DNA of 64,000 nt from Oikopleura dioica (lineage: Eukaryota > Animalia > Chordata). This document shows, piece after piece, positions 57,248 through 64,000 of this stretch (its first letter is position 1; every line of letters begins with the position of its first letter). The stretch is taken from the NCBI GenBank assembly GCA_907165135.1, contig OU015566.1, forward strand, positions 12,090,001-12,154,000. The letters are read 5' to 3'. The position numbers and the translations under genes are program-made. Below the pieces are notes generated by a model. That model searched no databases and had not been told where the DNA came from. It was given only the letters and a program-made list of their open reading frames with translations.

Positions 57248-58231
57248 TTCGCCACGTCCGATCAACCAACGAAAGCTGTAACTCTTTCCCAGCCATGGCC
57301 AAGGAACGGGCTTGTTCCAGTTTCAAACTTTTGACTTTTATTGATTTCTCCCTTGGATCGATTGGAAATTTTCCAATGTTCGCGACTTAAATTCTCGTCG
57401 ATTTTAATTTATATCTGTCTAAATCGCACGAAAAAGAGACTAAGACTATCAAGAAACAAGCCCGTCATAAAGGTATTACTATTTCAACTTTGGCCAACAG
57501 AAAAATGCTTTTGTTTCTATAAACTTGCCTTTCTTACTTTTCTAAACAAACAACAAATATAAAACATGTTACTACCCATCCCCATCGTCCGAGAAAAACC
57601 TAAATCTGTTTGACTTTGAACAAGTTTGAAGAAGCACAACCGTTTGAAAATTCTCAATCCCGCAACGGACACCGTTATCCGTCACAATTCTTCCTTTATC
57701 AAACAAAAAAAAAAACTACAAAAACATTCAAACAAAAACATAATCGCCCCCGATCTACGAAAAACCCCATTCTCTTTCAATGTATCGCCTATTTTTTCAA
57801 TAAAAAAATATAAAATATTCAATTTTCAAAATGCAAATCTCTGTTTTTGCATCGTTCTCCAGGACTCGTTTCAAATTTCTTTCTTTGTTTCTTTTTCAAA
57901 GTATTTATCTATATGTCGTGATCCAAATTTTTATACAGCTACCTTTTGATTAAAAACGAGCGCTCATAAGAAATCATTCGAAAGTTGCTACAGTATTTTT
58001 GGACCATTTGGAGCTTGTATGATGTGTGATCCAAATTCAATCGTTTTCAAGATCGGCACTTCGCGCCCTTTACCCATAACAGTATTTTTATTCTATTTCC
58101 CGAGTCAGGGACTTTTCGTTTATTCATTTAAAACTATTTCTATTTCTCTTGAAATGAATTCGCAATTGAACTAGAACCTTCGAAGATTGTCGCTAAAGAT
58201 TTATCGTTGTCAACTTAGAATGGCTCTTTGA

Positions 58232-59814
<1,583 letters not shown>

Positions 59815-60563
59815 TTTATCCCTAGAATATCCCAATCAACTTCGTTACTTATAATCTCGGTATTTTATTTAACGCGAATCTGATTTCTTTCAGACGGCAA
59901 CTTACTCTATCAAAAACAACTAAACGACGATTTCCCCCTTGAAAATAATCTTGCCATTTAAATTAATTGAAAGTACGCCAGGGGAAATTTTTCACTCATC
60001 AAATTCTTCAAAGTTTTCCATTTTGATTTATCCTTTTTATGACTGCTCTGTATCAATGAAAAGTTTCCCATTATTCGCTCGAGATACGTGCATTCCATTT
60101 ATTTCTTCTTGTCAGACTAAATTTATCGACGACTTCGCCAAATAATTATTAAAAAAGTAAAGACATGTCTCTTAATGAAAAGAAGCTCCTAGAAGTTAGA
60201 TATGGCCGATTTCAGAGAAATTGAGAGCTTTTGAAAATATGACGTCACATGTAACTTCTTCAATGTTTGAAGTAACCTATCACAAGTATGAAGTATTTTA
60301 TTACTGTATCTAACTGTTACTATCCCTTCAATCCCGTACCCCTCTTCCTTATCATTGATCTCATCATTTGGAAAAAATACTTTTTCAAGTTCAGTGTTAA
60401 CATTGTCCTATTCATTCTTTCATCCTTCAAAAATCCCCATTCACCATCTTTGTAACATTTATTCTTTGAGACGACCCCTTGTTTTATGTTCAAAATTTCA
60501 AAAAATATTCAACAGAATAAAATTCATAAAAATGAGCAAAACTAAAAAAGCACCTCTTTCAGA

Positions 60564-61125
60564 ATGCGCCCTATTTTGATAGGGACCATTCTTCAGTTGG
60601 TCACATCGTCAGATCAAGAGAATGACTGCGCATCTTTAGGTTTTGACGAGCAAGGTAATTTGTGAAACGAGTGGATGATTTTTCTATTGCTTGTTTAGTT
60701 TTGGAATGCAATACTTGCAAAGAACTTTCGGATTTTGGACTCGATGAAATCAAGGAAGATTGCTTGAGGTGTTGCAAAAAGTCAGATGAACAAATTGTGA
60801 CTTACAAGGTTTGTACTCCTTTACTTATAATAAGTTTTCTAACTGAATTTATAGTCTGCGCAATTTGAAGTTTGCTCCTGAAAATTGGGCCGATTTCCCC
60901 AAGTATCGGCCTTCATTGATAACCACTCGAAAAATTTCAAAAATCTCAAAGTTAAATACACCAAAGGAGCTCCTCCAAGGATAAAACTCTATGGTCAGTT
61001 GGGGGATATTTTTCAAGCTCAAACAATTTCTAGGAGAGGGCGACTTTGTTGAGGAAGAAGTCAATATCGAAAATTGGGATACAGACACGATAGTACAATT
61101 TTTAGACGAGAAGCTGACGCACTAA
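60564..61125 (+). CDS. SELENOF: Selenoprotein F (Sep15) with in-frame UGA (Sec)
   Basis: Four exons give a signal peptide, CNTC...CLRCC, FEVCS-U-KLGRFPQVSAF (TGA at 60879-60881), VKYTKGAPPRIKL and EEVNIENWDTDTIVQFLDEKL. Not in the ORF track because of the UGA. Confidence 0.93.
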
Positions 61126-61380
61126 TTATGACCTAATCCTGCCTTCTAGAGTTTTCTATTCTTCTATCTTGGTGAAACAAAATGTAGTTGTCCTTCCTCT
61201 TCAAAAATTTTAATTCTGCTCATGATTCTACGCTGAAAGTTTTCTCTGGGAAATGTTTTTCGTATCAGCGTTTTTCATTTTTACTTGGGGAAGTTAAGAG
61301 AAACAGCTTCTTCGAATTTGTGAGTAGTTTTCCAAGGAAAACGTGAAAAAACTTCTGTGCAATAATTAAATCCTGAAATG

Positions 61381-61438
61381 ATCTCTATGACGGCTTGTTC
61401 GCCAAACCGAAATTTCGGAGCTTCTAGCCTGAAGAGGA
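61381..61438 (+). promoter_or_regulatory. SECIS element (type II) of SELENOF
   Basis: ATGA (61387) and TGA (61430) form the kink-turn core, GGCT/AGCC closes helix II, unpaired AAA at 61404-61406, apical mini-stem CCGAAA/TTTCGG, lower helix TCTCT/AGAGG. Confidence 0.85.
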
Positions 61439-61561
61439 CTTTCCTCTCGATCATGGACGGCCTTGGAGTACTACTCACCTTTTCCCAGGGCAAACGTTTT
61501 TTGCAAAAATCGGTTCTTAAATTCTTGTGATGAAGATTTTCTTTGACAGCTTTTTGTTAGA

Positions 61562-63979
61562 ATGCTATCTCGGGCGGCGCGTAGAAAATTGGCCTTTACC
61601 GCTGCCACTGAGCAGCAGGCGAAGCGAGCCCTTGTGCAGGTCTTTGTCGATGGCAAGCCTGTCAAAGTCGAAGCCGGCACCACTGTTCTTCGAGCCTGCG
61701 AAGCTGCTGGTGTCCAGATTCCCCGATTCTGCTACCACGAGCGTCTCTCCATCGCTGGCAACTGCCGAATGTGCCTAGTCGAAGTCGAAAAGATGCCCAA
61801 GGCCGTCGCTTCCTGCGCCTTCCCAGTTATGAAGGGAATGTCTATTTTGACCAACAGTGAGAAATCTCGACGATCGCGAGAAGCTGTCATGGAGTTTCTC
61901 TTGGCTAACCACCCTCTTGATTGCCCAATTTGCGATCAGGGTGGTGAGTGCGATCTTCAGGATCAGGCCATGACTCACGGAAGTGATCGATCTCGATTCT
62001 GGGAGGGAAAACGAGCCGTCGAAGATAAGGTTTAAAAATCTAAAGTATTTGATGCTTACTTTTCTTCCTAGGATATCGGGCCTCTTGTCAAAACTGTCAT
62101 GACTCGATGCATCCAGTGTACTAGATGCGTCCGATTCTGCCAGGAAATCGCTGGTATTGATGAGCTCGGAACAACTGGTCGGGGAAACGATCTCCAGATC
62201 GGTACATACGTCGAAAAGGCTTTAAGCACTGAGTTGTCTGGAAACCTTATTGATGTCTGCCCAGTTGGTGCCCTTACCAGCAAGCCATATGCTTTTAGTG
62301 CTCGCCCATGGGAAACCCGAAAGGTACTAGCTATTATGTGAGCAAATTCAATCATATTCTCAGACTGATTCCGTCGATGTCATGGATGCCGTTGGTACCA
62401 ATATCGTCGTTTCTTCCCGAGCTGGCGATCTTCTTCGAATCATCCCAAGACTCAACGAGGAAGTCAATGAAGAATGGCTCGCTGACAAGGTACAAACCGA
62501 TAGAATTATTGAAAGTTATTAATGTTACAGGGTCGATTCTCTTATGACGGACTCAAGCGACAGCGACTCACCCAGCCCATGGCTCGAGGTGAAAACGGCA
62601 AACTCACCAAGGTCGATTGGCAGGATGCTCTCACCGTTGCTTCCGATGCTATTGCTGATGCTGGTGAGAACATTGCCGTTGTCGTTGGTCCATTCGCCGA
62701 TGTCGAGACCATGTGCCTCGCCAAGGATCTCGCTAACAAGGCCGGCTCCGAGATGGTTACCACTGAGCAGAGCTTTATCGCTAATGGTGATCTTCGATCT
62801 GACTACACTTTCAACTCGACTATTGCTGGCATCGAAGAGGCTGACCGAGTCATCATCATTGGTAATGATTATTGTACTGAAGCACATTATGGCGTATTTT
62901 AGGCTGCAACCCTCGATTTGAAGCTCCACTTATCAACGCCCGAATCCGAAAATCCTGGCTCCACAAGGAAACCGAAGTTGACGTCATTGGTTCTGAGCTG
63001 AACCTCTCCTACACTCACCAGTACCACGGAAATGACCCACAAAGTAAATCCCTCTACTCAACTTTTTCTTTAATTTACTAGTCATCAATGACATCGCTAA
63101 CGGCACCCACCCAATCTGCGAAGAACTCGCTGAATGCGAGCGACCCATGGTCATCCTTGGTTCTTCCGTCTTTGAGCGAGCCGATGGCTCTGCTATCCAC
63201 CAGTCTGTCAAGAAAATGTGCGAATCCTTGAACACCCCCGAAGGCTGGAACCCATTCAATATTATGCACAAGTCTGCTTCTACTGTTGGCGCTCTCGATC
63301 TTGGCTACAAGACTGGTGTTGAACACATCAAGGGCCGAAAGCCTGATGTTATCATCAACCTCGGCGCTGATGAGGGTCTCATTACTCGAGATGATGTAAT
63401 GATCTTTCTGTTATACAGCGGCTGAATTAGTTTTAGGTTTCTTCCACTGGCAAGATCATTTACATCGGACACAACGGTGACGCTGGTGCTTCCTCTGCTG
63501 ACGTCATCCTCCCAGCTGCCGCTTACACCGAGAAGAACGGTACCTACGTTAACACTGAAGGCCGAGTCCAGGTCACTCGAACCGCTATTACTCCCCCTGG
63601 AGCTGCCCGAGAAGACTGGAAGATCGTCCGAGTCCTCTCTGAGCTTAGCAACCTTACTGTAAGTGGATCGACCAGCGATTCACTATAAATTTATCTTAAG
63701 CTTCCATACGACACCCTCAAAGAAGTCCGATCCCGAGTGCGAGAAGTTGCTCCTCATTTAGTTAAATTCGATTCTCTTGAACAAAGCGCGATTTCGGTAA
63801 GTGATCATCAAAATCCTCTCCTCAAATTTGCTTAGATTCCAGCTGAACCCAGCACAATGGCAAACGAACCACTTGTCGCCAACCAGACCCAGCTCTCTGA
63901 GTACTATATCACAGATTCCATCACCAGAAGTTCAAAAGTTATGGCTAAGTGCGTCAAGTACGCCAGAGCACAGGAGTAA
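61562..63979 (+). CDS. NDUFS1: NADH:ubiquinone oxidoreductase 75-kDa subunit
   Basis: Mitochondrial presequence, [86 protein letters not shown]. Confidence 0.97.
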
Positions 63980-64000
63980 AAAGTTCCTTTCTGTTCAAGT

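Overview
Compact, intron-rich animal genomic DNA (most introns 40-60 nt, standard code, nearly all genes on the + strand with short spacers). This points to a larvacean tunicate such as Oikopleura, which is an inference from architecture and not a database match. About 25 host genes are supported: MGST1 (3' exon), a degenerate KIF9, DLEC1, LRRC58, TRIT1, Bax inhibitor-1, a tandem HMG-box protein, MetAP2, PTB, AtuA-like, DDX24, three scramblases, DNPEP, TMED9, ODAD1-like, SLC35E1, UBE2R/CDC34, eIF4E, JNK, SELENOF (in-frame UGA plus SECIS) and NDUFS1, together with three small orphan genes, one nested antisense in a TRIT1 intron. The most unusual object is a very recent 8,295-bp Ty3/gypsy LTR element (identical 415-bp LTRs, GAAC target duplication) inserted in an SLC35E1 coding exon. 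It has a Gag ending in a CCCH zinc finger, gag-pol joined by a single UGA-CUAG readthrough-type stop, and, where env would sit, a tandem-repeat ORF followed by a soluble 364-aa ORF resembling a nuclear transactivator. The host genes also show hidden splicing architecture: a mutually exclusive exon pair across the MetAP2 active site, alternative terminal exons adding a transmembrane tail to a scramblase, and several alternative first and cassette exons. A hAT-type MITE sits in a TMED9 intron. Exon structures were derived by hand and need transcript confirmation.
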